Positions 1 through 12,147 of a stretch of DNA of 64,000 nt are shown piece after piece (position 1 is the stretch's first letter; each line of letters opens with the position of its first letter). A model generated the notes under the pieces. That model was not told where the DNA came from. It worked only from the letters and a program-made list of their open reading frames with translations, and searched no databases. The position numbers were made by a program, and so were the translations under genes. The stretch lies in contig OZ249441.1 of the NCBI GenBank assembly GCA_965235115.1, forward strand, positions 10,168,001 through 10,232,000, in the 5' to 3' direction. The DNA is from Laetmonice hystrix. Taxonomy: Eukaryota.

Positions 1-200
1 CTCAGGTGCGGACAGAGAATTCATATGCTGGAGTTTTTTGTGAGGGTTGTGGTCCGTGTCTGACTCCTTGTAGGTGGGTTGGGGTTGCAATGACTGCGGC
101 GACGGTGGCGACGACAAGCGCATGTCGGCCGTACTCTCCTGGGAGTCCCGGGTGTTGGAGCGAAGGCGGGAGCGATCAAAGTACTCGGCCTCCGTGATTG
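1..200 (-). CDS. ARHGAP20: RhoGAP gene, distal downstream exon (runs off the window)
   Basis: Acceptor ttgatgcttgcag| at 201-202. Phase-1 start matches the 6356 donor (T|CA = Ser). Open to the window edge: ITEAEYFDRSRLRSNTRDSQES...MNSLSAPE. Confidence 0.6.
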
Positions 201-363
201 CTGCAAGCATCAACACCAAGTACACATCATTACAAGGATATTAATTCAGTCTGTTTGATTCCATTTATAGTTAGCCTGGCAAAATTGACCACAGAAACAT
301 TGTGGATTCACAAGGTTTTAGTCCCTCAATCTTATCCACAGGTACCTTAGTGTGGATAAGTTA

Positions 364-441
364 AACTTCAGGCTAGCTTAAAGTGGACTTATAACTTCTC
401 CTAACTTCAGGCTAGCTTAAAATGGACTTATAACTTCTCCT
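364..441. repeat. 39-bp tandem duplication
   Basis: AACTTCAGGCTAGCTTAAA(G/A)TGGACTTATAACTTCTCCT x2. Confidence 0.8.
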
Positions 442-791
442 AACTCCGGATGGATGAGACAGATATCCAATTTCTCAGTCGGATTGGGCTGTTCTCTGTT
501 TCCCGTACTTCAAAGGGTAGGTTTCCCGTAGTTCAGTGGTTTCCCGTAGGTCAGAGGGTAGGTTTCCCGTAGTTCAGAGGTTTCCTGTAGACAGTGTTGT
601 TGACTGAGCCAGGTTTTCCTGAGTTCAGCGTAGATTAGGCAAGTCTCCACTGACTCTCCACGCCTGTCCGTGGCAGCCTGCGAGCCAGCTGTAGTATAGA
701 CAGTTCTCATACACGGCCACCCGTCGGGGGAGGTGGGGGGGGGGGGGGGGACCAGGTGTTGCACATCACTTGTGTCCCACGCCATGTGCAT

Positions 792-1186
792 ATGGGACGC
801 CGTTAGTCCTTTTATTCAGCAATTATACATATCTTCAAATATTTGAAGATATCTTCAATTCATTTGAAGATATCTTTAATTCTTTTAGGGATATCTGAAA
901 AACAATTTAAGCTATACATTTAAAGTGATGTTCGCACATATCCTTAATTCTATTAAAGATATCTTAAAAAGAATTACAGATATCTTCAATTGAATTACAG
1001 ATATATCCACAATTCATTTACAGACATCTTCAAATCATTTGAAGATATCCTGTATAGATGCTGATTTCCAGATCTGTAAATGAAATGTGGAGATCTTCAA
1101 ATGAATTGTGGATATCTTCAAATGAAGTCAAGATATCTTCAAATGAATTCAAGATATGCTGAATAAAAGTACCAACGGCATTCCAT
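792..1186. mobile_element. MITE with 30-bp TIRs and internal GATATCTTCAAAT subrepeats
   Basis: TIRs 792-821 and 1157-1186 match at 26/30. Flanked by direct ATGTGCAT (784-791, 1187-1194). Exact TSD length (6-8 bp) is ambiguous because the junction is palindromic. Confidence 0.8.
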
Positions 1187-1257
1187 ATGTGCATAGCTCG
1201 GTGGGGATTAAACAACTTAACTGGGTCAAACAAACCTAACCCGCCCGGTCCAACAGG

Positions 1258-1648
1258 CAGGGGCGCCGGAAGCAAATTATTATTGGGGGGGCAAGAGAGC
1301 TGAAGCGAAAGTCATCTAGGCTACAACATGTTTAGTAAAGCAGGGTCGGAGGCCCTCCCCAAGAAAATTTAAAAAACTACACACCTTAAAACGCTTTTCT
1401 ACGCCATTGTAAGGCAGGATTTTTTATGTTTTGAAGGCGTGAATGAATAAATTACAATGTATCATTAGGACAATCGACCCAGTCTTTGACGCACCCAAGT
1501 CATGGTTTCAACAGGCCTACGCTACTGTATGTGGAAAAACCTGCCTTTTTTCATTCATGATCACAGATTATTGGGGGGGCGATGCCCCCCCAACCAGATT
1601 ATTGAGGGGGCGGTTGCCCCCCCTGCCCCCCCGCTTCTGGCGCCTATG
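1258..1648. mobile_element. hAT-like MITE
   Basis: CAGGGGCGCCGGAAGC...GCTTCTGGCGCCTATG termini with a perfect 8-bp TSD CCAACAGG (1250-1257, 1649-1656). Confidence 0.85.
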
Positions 1649-2174
1649 CCAACAGGTGCTTGTCCCCAAATCCACGAAACTATGGGTCGGGTTTAATGGC
1701 CGGGGCTGAGACAGCAATACGTTTTTCAGGAGGTCTGAGGAACGGGACTAGGCGGGTGGATTAGGTGTGGGGCCTGATAAATTTATATATTCAACGACCA
1801 AATTTCGTGGGATCTACCGACCAAAACACAAACCGAAATATCACGGCGGGTGGAGGAGGGGATCACGACGGGGGGAGGCACAGCGAGACTTTCAACAGCC
1901 TGAACGTGAGCGGTCTGACGAATCACTTCGTTAGCTTCCTCCTCAAGCCGTCAGGTGGCGTACCAGACATTGCTGAAAATGTCTTACAGTGGAAGCAGGG
2001 ACCAGTGTCACGGACAGGGGAACCTGAGCGTGCCATGTTGCCAGCTGGTTTTCATGTTGCCAGCTGGGCCATACCTGTCACAGGTTGGCATGGCGACCGT
2101 CTCCGGCTTGGATCAAGCTGTGAGCTATCCGTTGATAGTCATTCCACTCCCACACCTATCACAAATTGGGCCTG

Positions 2175-2752
2175 CCACCTCTGTACCTGGTCACCTGTAC
2201 CTGGCCACCTCTGTACCTGGCCACCTCTGTACCTGGTCACCTCTGTACCTGGCCACCTGTACCTGGCCACCTGTACCTGGCCACCTCTGTACCTGGTCAC
2301 ATCTGTACCTAGTCACCTGTACCTGGCCACCTCTGTACCTAGTCACCTGTACTTAGCCACCTCTGTACCTGGTCACCTGTACCTGGCCACCTCTGTACCT
2401 GGTCACCTGTACCTGGCCACCTCTGTACCTGGTCACCTGTACCTGGCCACCTCTGTACCTAGTCACCTGTACCTGGTCACCTGTACCTGGCCACCTCTGT
2501 ACCTGGTCACCTGTACCTGGCCACCTCTGTACCTGGTCACCTGTACCTGGCCACCTCTGTACCTAGTCACCTGTACCTGGTCACCTGTACCTGGCCACCT
2601 CTGTACCTGGTCACCTGTACCTGGCCACCTCTGTACCTGGCCACCTCTGTACCTGGTCACCTGTACCTGGCCACCTCTGTACCTGGCCACCTCTGTACCT
2701 GGTCACCTGTACCTGGCCACCTCTGTACCTGGTCCTCTGTACCTGGCCACCT
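2175..2752. repeat. Minisatellite of mixed 14/16-bp units
   Basis: TCACCTGTACCTGG / CCACCTCTGTACCTGG. Confidence 0.95.
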
Positions 2753-3734
2753 ATACGTGCCCGAGAGCCCACCAAGGCACTCGCTCGATATAATGTCACA
2801 GAGTACATCTGTCTATTCTGTGATAATGTCTCCAAAGGTACCCAGGTACATTGTGTTCTTGAAACGTTACTGTTTATCATTGAAAACGTTTAACTTCACT
2901 GAGCTTCTATACCTAGTAACCATATACATTATACAGTTTACATATATATATATCTAATCACATATATACAATTATATCTAATCAGACACATTATACAATT
3001 TTATCTGCAGCTGGATCTTACCATAGAAAACATGAAAGTCGCGACTTAATGTGACGGTGACTTATGTAAATAAGACTGAGAATGAAAGACATGAAAGAGT
3101 CGTGTGAGGATCATAAATAGGAAGACGTGTCAAAAAAGTGAAAAAACCGATTGCGAGGTAGACATCACAGGACAACTTGGACACACCTAAACATGTTTGA
3201 GTGAATTCTGCAGACACAATTTTTGAAACGATCCCCACTATCCAAACGATCATAGGGTTGATTTTCCACAATTTTGTCTTGAAAAATGTTCTGATGGAAT
3301 CTTCATATACAACAACTTTAGCAAAAAAACAATTCACAAAATTCTGATCTGATATTTCCTCCTGAGCCAGCCACTTTCCCCTCGGGATCAGGCAAACCAT
3401 AGATGTGTAGTGAGAGTACACATCGATGGACAAACTATATCAGCACATACTTTTAATCCGGTCGCTATGTGTAGATAATTATTGCAAATCGACTTAGCTG
3501 CACGATATTTGACCCACCATTTAAACAGAATTTGTGCAAGAAAATAAATGCACATGTATATCCGGTTAACTCAAAACAGTTTGAGATTTGTGATTGGGGA
3601 GGGGGGGGGGGGGAATAATTAACTTGGCAATGGTCCTGATGTGCTGGTATGTATGATCCTGTAGGTTCAGGCTGGTCTGTGAAAGTTGTTACTGTCTTTA
3701 CTATGGTTATTAACTTAGCAATCTCTTATCGCCC

Positions 3735-3915
3735 CTGTCCCTCGTTACAAAGTCCCTGTCCCTCGTTACAAGTCCCTGCCCCTCGTTACAAGTCCCTGCC
3801 CATCGTTAGAAAGTCCCTGTCCCTCGTTACAAAGTCCCTGCCCCTTGTACAAAGTCCATGTCCCTTGTTACAAAGTCCCTGGCCCTCGTTACAAAGTCCC
3901 TGTCCCTCGTTACAA
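3735..3915. repeat. ~21-bp minisatellite
   Basis: GTCCCTGTCCCTCGTTACAAA. Confidence 0.9.
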
Positions 3916-5714
3916 ACACTCACCATCCGTCTCTAGGTTGAAGCCATGTTTCTTAGCCTCACTTTGAAGCACTAGGGCAAATAATCGCACTGACTTGTCA
4001 TCTGTTCATGCAGGAAATCAAACAAAGGGGCTGTCAAACACTCATGCAGGATTAGTGGGGGTGGGCGGGGAGACTATGGTCACGGTTGGTGGGGGGGGGG
4101 GATACATTCAAGGTGGGCACACAATGTCTACAAGGAGGGGTTGGTGACGAGGCACACGTGAACACCAACAATATGGGAGGGCAGGACTGTAACTATGTAA
4201 ACCTCAATTCTACATCAATCAAGTTTCTATCTCCACGACAAAACATTTTACACTGCATCTTCAATATTAAACTAATTTCTTCTCTCTTTTTTTTTGGGGG
4301 GGGGGGGGGGGGTAATATTTATAACCTTGGGTACCGTCTTATTAACTGTTAGAGATCTTGAAAGCTGCTATCCTAGTCCAAATCGATCTAACCAAAGCAA
4401 TGTCTCCACAGGAGCAGGCCACCGTGTCCAGGGATCACATTGTTTTTTGTGTAATTTGTTGACTATTTTTAATTTTGTTTACCAATTTACGATGGCTGAC
4501 TGAGATAAGTGGACTGCCTGAGGATACAAGCGCTGACCGTCAGGTGTGGCTGTGACGTTTAGAACACCCCGTGAGTCAAGGGCTGGAGAGGCAGGGGGTG
4601 GAGATTATACCCTTCACTCTGCCAGGACACACCCTCCCACACCTTCTACTCTAGATTACATGGACGATAGTAGAAGGTGTTAGGTATAAGACTGTACGCC
4701 CCTGTGGTCTCTGGTATCACCAACCAAGGTGCCCCACGCAGATATTTGGGTGGAGAGGGAATTCAATGAATACAGGCACATTAGAAACGGACAACGACTT
4801 AGGGCTTTGGGATTTTAAAAATACATATCTACTACTAACGGAAAACTACTTATAACTTTTATTGTAAGGAAAATGCGTGAAGAAACAGTTTGTGCCATGC
4901 GAAAAAAATACAGCTTTAGAAGACACTGCCTGCTTCTGTCATAAGTTTTAAAATACTCTAGTTTTCAATCTAAAGAAAATTTCTGAGAGAATGGCATGAA
5001 ATGTAAATCCACGTTTATGAGTTACCCTGCATTATATTTAGCATGTCTATATCGAGAAAAAACTCAACAAACACTACGAAAACACTAAGTGCTGCTTAAA
5101 AGAATTCCAAACTGTTTTACAACTCTTTGAATTACCAAATTATATGTTTGAACTATACTCGACAATGAAGTGTCTTGACGCGAAGTCAATCTGTCCGACT
5201 CACAGACATAGTTGTTGTAGCAGCTACTTACCGAGACCAACTCGAAGAGATTAAAAAATCTACACTACTCACTACCGCTACATGGCAACTGTTACATGCA
5301 CTTATGTCAATGTGATGGGGCAGTAAGAGACCTATGCTACCGTTACACTACCCTGAGTTATCATAGCCATAACCACAGTTAATGGAACACATGCAGTGAC
5401 AGAACTACAGAAACTAAGCCTACCCAGCTTACATCTCTTAGAATACAGCCACCTTCTCATGCACATAACTGACTTTTGACTGTCCTTCAATCACTACCTG
5501 CTAACTGTTTCATAGTCACACTAAATAATTATGGCGAGCCGAGCATTGTGAAACTTCACATTTTGTTATCTGGCCAGATTTGGGAGACTTGACGATGATG
5601 GGGCAAGCAGAATATAACTAGGGGCAACTACAAGCTGTGGGATAACAGAATCAGGCATCACGCTGTGTACGTTACAGAGAGCTTGCAGAGTAATTGAGAT
5701 TTTGATGTGGCAAC

Positions 5715-6232
5715 AACAACACTGCCATAGACACAACCAAAGCCTCCAAAACCTCCGCACACACAACCAACGCCTCCACACACAGAACCAAAGCCTCCAA
5801 AACCTCCACACACACAACCAAAACCTCCACACACACAACCAACGCCTCCACACGCACAACCAACGCCTCCACACACACAACCAAAGCCTCCAAAACCTCC
5901 ACACACAACCAAAACCTCCACACACACAACCAACGCCTCCACACGCACAACCAAAACCTCCACACGCACAACCAAAGCCTCCATATACACAACAAAAACC
6001 TCCACACACACAACCAAAACCTCCACACGCACAACCAAAGCCTCCACACACACGACCAATGCCTCCACACACACAACCAAAGCCTCCATATACACAACCA
6101 ACGCCTCCACACACACAACCAAAGCCTCCATATACACAACCAACGCCTCCACACACACAACCAAAGCCTCCATATACACAACCAACGCCTCCACACACAC
6201 AACCAAAGCTTCCATATACACAACCAACGCCA
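5715..6232. repeat. CA-rich ~21-bp minisatellite
   Basis: CACACACAACCAAAGCCTCCA variants. Source of the overlapping ORFs at 5566-6301. Confidence 0.9.
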
Positions 6233-6355
6233 ATATCCTACAACAGAGAAGACAGAGGATGACAGATCACCATGCAGACTGAAGTTTCCAGTGCCCAACA
6301 TTCAACCATTCCCCAGTTTTTGTGTTTAACTGTTTGACTACAACATGCGACTTAC

Positions 6356-6690
6356 ATGGCACCGAGCCGGCAGTGGGGTACTGGTACTCGTAACGGAACT
6401 TCTCCTTGACCCCTATCCTTGTCCGCGTCATATCTGCGAAGTATTGCAGGTTTTTCCGACCAAACATGTTGGAAACGCCAAAGTCATCAATAAGAATGAT
6501 CAAGACTTGCACAGCTCGTTCAATTTTCTGAGGGTCGTCAGAGCAGGTGTGAAAAAGAGAGCCTGCCACTGACTTGGCGACTGCTTCCGATGACATGGTG
6601 TTGTACTCTGCATGATTGACGATGCGGAACCAGGTGCCGAAGAGTAAGGCAAGAAGCTGCTGGGCAACAACAGGCAGAGATGTGATGATC
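6356..6690 (-). CDS. ARHGAP20: RhoGAP domain exon (C-terminal helices)
   Basis: tttttttag|G acceptor, CCAT|GTAAGT donor. Encodes IITSLPVVAQQLLALLFGTWFRIVNHAEYNTMSSEAVAKSVAGSLF..., which aligns with the RhoGAP LP..N..LL..LF..L..I.....N.M...NLA....P motif. Confidence 0.85.
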
Positions 6691-7032
6691 CTAAAAAAAT
6701 CACACCAGAAAGAGAAAGTTGAGGAGCCATTTCATGAGATCTTTCAGCAGAATATATATCCAACCACTGGGGCGAGGGCTTATCAACAGGAAAAAAAGGA
6801 ACATACAAAACAGGAAAATACTGTAATACAAGATCACTAAGTACTGACTGTTACAATGAGCCTCAGTAGCGATTTAACAATGATTGGAGGAGAATTTGCT
6901 CAACAAAAGCCACCTATTCTACATACAATATGTGATTGCACAATACTTTGAGATGATTGCAAGAAGATTTGTAGAGTCTGAAACGTTTTGTAGACAGTTT
7001 TACGTTTCTATCAACTCGACAATCACACTTAC

Positions 7033-7142
7033 CCATGAATCTCCTCATACTGCTCAACACGGTTGTCAATCTTCAACACGCTGAGCAGATGCTTTTCCAC
7101 CTCCTCTCCAAAAATGCCACCAGGAATCTTCAGCAGAAACTT
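7033..7142 (-). CDS. ARHGAP20: RhoGAP domain exon
   Basis: cccaacag|AAG...CATGG|GTAAGT. Encodes KFLLKIPGGIF..., like ARHGAP20 DFLRNIPGSIF. Phases fit both neighbours. Confidence 0.88.
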
Positions 7143-7394
7143 CTGTTGGGCCAGCAAGGAAGGAACCGAACATTGTTAGACCAATGGGCTTGAATAAAAT
7201 CCATAGCTACAGTACATACACAACTGGGAGTGTAAGATTAAAATAAGTATGTCCTAAATGTGTAAGAATAAACAGACACCATTGTGAACAACAGCACCCG
7301 ACACCTGCAGCCTGCTGCAGTGCTGCCCCCAAGTGGCTGTTTCTGAAAACACTTGTCCATTCATGGGACGGGTATGGGACGTGTATAATGGGTG

Positions 7395-7515
7395 TTATTA
7401 CCTCCGCCAACGAAGTTGGAAGGAGGTTATGTTTTCAGCCCGAGCTTTCTGTCTGTTTGTTTGTCTGTTCGCAAGATATCTCAAAAATTATGAACGGATT
7501 TTCATGAATGTTTCA
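7395..7515 (+). mobile_element. Helentron-associated (HINE / DINE-1-like) element, 5' fragment
   Basis: TTATTACCTCCGCC...GGAGGTTATGTTTTC stem followed by a CTGT/TTGT microsatellite, the known 5' architecture of these elements. Confidence 0.6.
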
Positions 7516-7653
7516 CTAGTTTCAGTTATCTCTAGTTATCTCTCTTTCCTAAGCATAACACTTTCATCACTATCATAATTAGGCTGTCTTTAAGTTCTGA
7601 ATTCACCCCTTTTATGAACCATCATTCATTGAAAGACGCTAGCAATCGCCTAC

Positions 7654-7815
7654 CTTCAGCACAGAAGCAAGAGTATAGAAGTTGTAGTTGGTGAAGACCA
7701 CTTCTTTGCCCTCAGCAAGCCTCTTCATGATTAATTTGGAATCACTGGGGTTGCCAGGGCGACGAAATAGATCAGTGGTGGTGACACCTTCCTGGGCTAT
7801 GTAAACCAGCATATC
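7654..7815 (-). CDS. ARHGAP20: RhoGAP domain exon with arginine finger
   Basis: ttttcacag|GAT...CTGAAG|GTAGGC. Encodes DMLVYIAQEGVTTTDLFRRPG...YTLASVLK, like ARHGAP20 DML...G..T.GIFR...IASVLK. Confidence 0.9.
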
Positions 7816-7829
7816 CTGTGAAAAACACA

Positions 7830-8390
7830 TTTGTGTATCAGGTACCTGGGTCTGTATCACAACATACATTTCTGTATCATGATACATAGCAGAATGAGGA
7901 TCTGTATCACACCACATAATACCCCCGGTAATACATTTCTGTATCAGGACACATACCAGGATCTGTATCACACCACATAATACATTTCTGTATCAGGACA
8001 CATAATACATTTCTGTATCAGGACACATACAAGGATCTGTATCACAACACATAATACATTTTTGTATCAGGACACATACCAGGATCTGTATCAGGACATA
8101 TAATACATTTCTGTATCAGGACACATACCAGGATCTGTATCAAGACAATACATTTCTGTATCAGGACACATACCAGGATCTGTATCACAACACATAACAT
8201 TTCTGTATCAGGACACATACCAGGATCTGTATCACAACACATAATACATTTCTGTATCAGGACACATACCAGGATCTGTGTCACAACACATAACATTTCT
8301 GGATCAGGACACATACCAGGATGTGTATCACAACACATAATATTTCTGTATCAGGACACATACCAGGATCTGTGTCACAACATATACCAA
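7830..8390. repeat. ~49-bp intronic minisatellite
   Basis: ATCTGTATCACAACACATAATACATTTCTGTATCAGGACACATACCAGG. Confidence 0.9.
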
Positions 8391-8670
8391 ATAGTCCCCC
8401 AGACCAACAACACCACTTTAAAACATCTTCTGATTATATAGTTCTGGCTGCTCATATTATTGATCTACCTAAGCATTTCCAACACTTCATTAAATGAGGC
8501 ACAAACCAAAATACTAATATACCAGAAAAAGTTCATATACAGAACTAAATAAAAAAAAATTCTACTTGTTATCTTTAACTAATGAACACATACATATTTC
8601 TTATTTAAGGAATGGTTTGTAGAACTAAGTTAATTGTTAAAGACTGAAGTGAAATCGCAGGAATACTGAC

Positions 8671-8734
8671 CACTAAAGGAACAGGTAGGCCATCGCCCTT
8701 CAAAGATTCCGTCAGGGGAACTCCAAACTTCACT
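8671..8734 (-). CDS. ARHGAP20: RhoGAP domain first shared exon
   Basis: ttgtttcag|A GTG AAG TTT GGA...GTG|GTCAGT. Encodes VKFGVPLTESLKGDGLPVPLV, the FG..L...LP.P start of RhoGAP domains. Needs a phase-2 upstream exon. Confidence 0.85.
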
Positions 8735-9066
8735 CTGAAACAATTCGCCAATTATTCTACATACATCAACTAGGTGGCAGCACTGCAGTACATACGTCGT
8801 CTGCAACCAAAGTGTTTAGAACAACAAGGACATGGATGTCAGCAGTGACGGGTGGCGTGACATCTTTCTGTCACCGCAGACGATGTCTGCGACAGAACAG
8901 AGAAATATTTCTGTCAAATAATTTCCAAGTTCTAACAGTGTATTCATCTCCCTGTGTCCCGTCTGTCCTGTCCAGGCCTTCTCAATCTGTGCTCAATTTT
9001 CTGGGGTTTTTTCCACTTTTTTAAAAATGCAATCATATCCTGGTGTCTGGGATTTCCCGCTTGGAG

Positions 9067-9080
9067 GTTTCCATGGCAAC
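9067..9080. promoter_or_regulatory. RFX X-box motif
   Basis: GTTTCCATGGCAAC, a canonical X-box, ~330 bp upstream of the shared RhoGAP exon. Confidence 0.45.
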
Positions 9081-9819
9081 TTACTAGATGCTGTCAGAAA
9101 TGAATAAAAAAAACTGGAGCGAACAGTTCCCACCACCACTACTCTGCTGAAATAAGCATTAGTACATCTACTCGACATCAGGGCAATACCCATTACATTG
9201 TACTTCCTAGAAAGAGATACTTGGTCTCTCAGAAAACTGAACACATTCATGCTGATCAGCCAAAAACTTTCAATTAAAACTACAAAAAGTAATGCTACAA
9301 TCATGTCCAAACTGAATTAGCTTTTTAGATGCGGAACTTTATCTTCTGAACAAATATATGATAATAATAACTTGTATGAATATTACTATTTGTTGCATTA
9401 TCAAAGTGATTAAAAGTAGGTCAACATGATGCTGTCCCTCTCATAACATTTTTTAAAGCTGCTGTCTTAGTACAATGCTTAACAAACTTGAACCATCACT
9501 TTATGAACTTTCAAAATTTAGTATTCATGCCTGAAAATGCAAAAGGTAAAAACTAGTGATCTATTGGTAAAGTCAACAGTTGACAACTAATTTGGTAGGG
9601 ATACAAACTAGGGCAAATAGTTCTACTAGTAGGGCCACAAAGGTGTAAACTGGGCCATTTAAAGCACTGTGTGACCTCTAATATTTTCAACTAAAGCCGC
9701 CAAGAACCAGCCAGCAAAGAGGTGACAGTTCCACCGAAGGTTCTTCGCCACTTCCTGGCCAGCTCGTGTATCAAGAGATTGTGGCCACCTCGTGTTCTGT
9801 GAGAATTTTGCCAACTCAA

Positions 9820-10180
9820 GTACTGACAGAATGTAGCCAACTCGTGTACATGTACCGACAGAATGTAGCCGACTCGTGTACTGACAGAATGTAGCCGACT
9901 CGTGTACTGACAGAATGTAGCCAACTCAAGTACTGACAGAATGTAGCCGACTCGTGTACTGACAGAATGTAGCCGACTCGTGTACTGACAGAATGTCTCG
10001 TGTATGGTACCGTCAGAATGTGGCCAATTCGTATACTGAAAGAACATCGCATTTACTGCGGCACGCTGCTACCAGCCTTCCAGGCCAATGTGGTCAATTC
10101 ACTCACTGACAGAATGTTGGCATCTCGTGCACTGACAGAATGTGGCCAAATCACATACTCTCAGAATGTGGCTGTCAACG
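9820..10180. repeat. 26-bp minisatellite, degenerating rightwards
   Basis: GTACTGACAGAATGTAGCCGACTCGT. Confidence 0.9.
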
Positions 10181-11993
10181 AGAATGTTATTGCTAGGTTA
10201 ATTAACATTAGTATGTAAGATTTCCGGTGATGACTCCCGGGTCAGTTTTGGCACCATGTCGAGAAGGATTACGACAGGAAGACATGTTGCTTAAACTCCT
10301 CTAATTCCCTGTGTAGTTACTCTAGAACCTGCTTGCATGCCGGAGCAGATTTCGTCAGGGTGAAACAGTGGTAGAGTTGTTCAGGGAGGTTCAGTTTGTC
10401 CTGAACGTTCAGGACGAGAGAGATACTTGATCAGGTAGTGACAGGCTTATGCTGGGGTCACAAAAGCTAAGGGATAATAATTGCTACACCATTTTCTCAT
10501 TATATGCTCAAGCGGAATAAAAATAAAATATTATTGTATGTAATTTGTGATTATTGTGTGTCAAATTGGATTTGTCAAGTGTGATTTATCTAAAATGTTG
10601 TCTCATTTGAAAGAGGTTTGTACAATATCATTATAATTCATTTTAATCCCTTTAATTACAACTAGCTAAAATATATAACTAGAAGGCAGAACATCTTTTT
10701 AAATACCCAACCACTGCCAGAGGTATTCAGCATACAATTAGTTTATTTGTGTTTTAGAAAGATTTCTTAGCCAGTGATGTGATATTTGTGATACTTAGTG
10801 TGCATATGTGAACATAGTCCTCCACATTTATGCAAGAGTGTGTTCGTGTATGCATGTCTGTTTTTGCAAACTCATGTAAACTGAATCGTTTTAATTTGTT
10901 TTGAACTGTTTTGATTTATAAATTGCAGACCGCCCAATCTCCACTTCAGACATTCGAACTAAGAAAGATGAAAAAGTCCCCACAGAAAATTGACAGGGGC
11001 AGTAAAAATACCAAAAGTTACGATTTCGGCCTGAATTTTCTAAGAGAGCTCCCTTTCATTTCAATGTTTCTCATGAATACAAATTAGAGTGACTATGAAC
11101 CCAGCTGGCTACCTCAGAAGTTTGACTCTATGTTAACTCTAGCTATTCATGAAGCGTGCAGAATTGTGCATAGTTAAAGATGGCCACTATTGTAGTCTGA
11201 CTGAATCTTGTCTGCTCAGTAAACATCAATGACCGTGGTCTCCACTGTTTAGTGCAGGACGAGGAGGAGGGCAAGGTTTCTGGGCACTGGTTTCAGGGGA
11301 GGTTGTTTTATTTTGGGTGGGGGGGGGGGGGGGGGGGGGGGTTTAGGTGGACTGGTTTGAGGGTAAAATCCCTGGGTCCCGAGGAGTGTAGAGAGACATG
11401 TCCAGTGAGGTGGTTTACTGATCACTAAACCTGACCTGGAAGGCACCAGAAATTCCTAATGGTCACTCACTTCAGCTTGCCATAAGCTTTTAATGTCCCA
11501 TATGGTTTGGAATATATAAAGATTCAAAATTTCGCATTCAATGTTCTGTGTGAAAAATACACTTTTCAAAAATACTTGGACTGAAAGAGGATGACAAGGT
11601 TCTTTGCCTCTTCTTTATTAAATGATGAAATGGCTTGTTATCTGATTACATCAAATCTACATGTATACAAGCATAGTGCTTAAAGCATACCTGAAGAGGT
11701 AGAACTATGCCACTATTTTCAATGGCTAAACTTGCACAAAGTTATCTTCAATTAGATACTTAGAATGTTTAGAAAAAGTGGCAGAAGATCTCTGTGGGAA
11801 AGATCCAAATGATACATTGCTGTAACAGCAACTATATGGAAGAAAACTGAGAGCAGCTACAATGTTGCCTTTAGCCAGTTTAAAGTTCTTTGGGTTTTTT
11901 ATATTTGGTGCATGCTAACTTCTTTAAAAGACCCACCAAAAGATGAGATGTGCATTAATAATGTGATGTAGAATGTAAAAAAACCAGAACAAT

Positions 11994-12147
11994 CAGGGCT
12001 CGAAAAAGATCTATTAGTTTTACTTGCCCGAACTTGCCCTTCGGGCAAGTAGTAACCAAGACATACTACACATACCTTAAATTTTACTTGCCCAGAGCCA
12101 TATTCTAGTCGTCTTGGACGATCGGACGTAGGTTTTTTCGAGCCCTG
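11994..12147. mobile_element. MITE (154 bp)
   Basis: TIR CAGGGCTCGAAAAA / TTTTTCGAGCCCTG, flanked by direct ACAAT. Internal ACTTGCCC / GGGCAAGT motifs. Confidence 0.75.

Noticed and set aside
1765-2793. 342-aa ORF
   Set aside because: The C-terminal two thirds is the 14/16-bp minisatellite, and the rest has no recognisable homology.
3062-3433. 123-aa ORF with a FFTFLTRLP motif reminiscent of the CobS N-terminus
   Set aside because: Alternative start codon, no further motif support, no splice context. Likely chance or a decayed repeat.
4639-4680. 12-bp stem hairpin with an 18-nt loop
   Set aside because: Isolated, with no associated transposon ends or RNA gene context.
5566-6301. Gly/Cys-rich or Pro/His-rich ORFs resembling structural proteins
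   Set aside because: Several overlapping frames on both strands are open and the Gly/Cys frame shifts mid-array. Minisatellite artefact.
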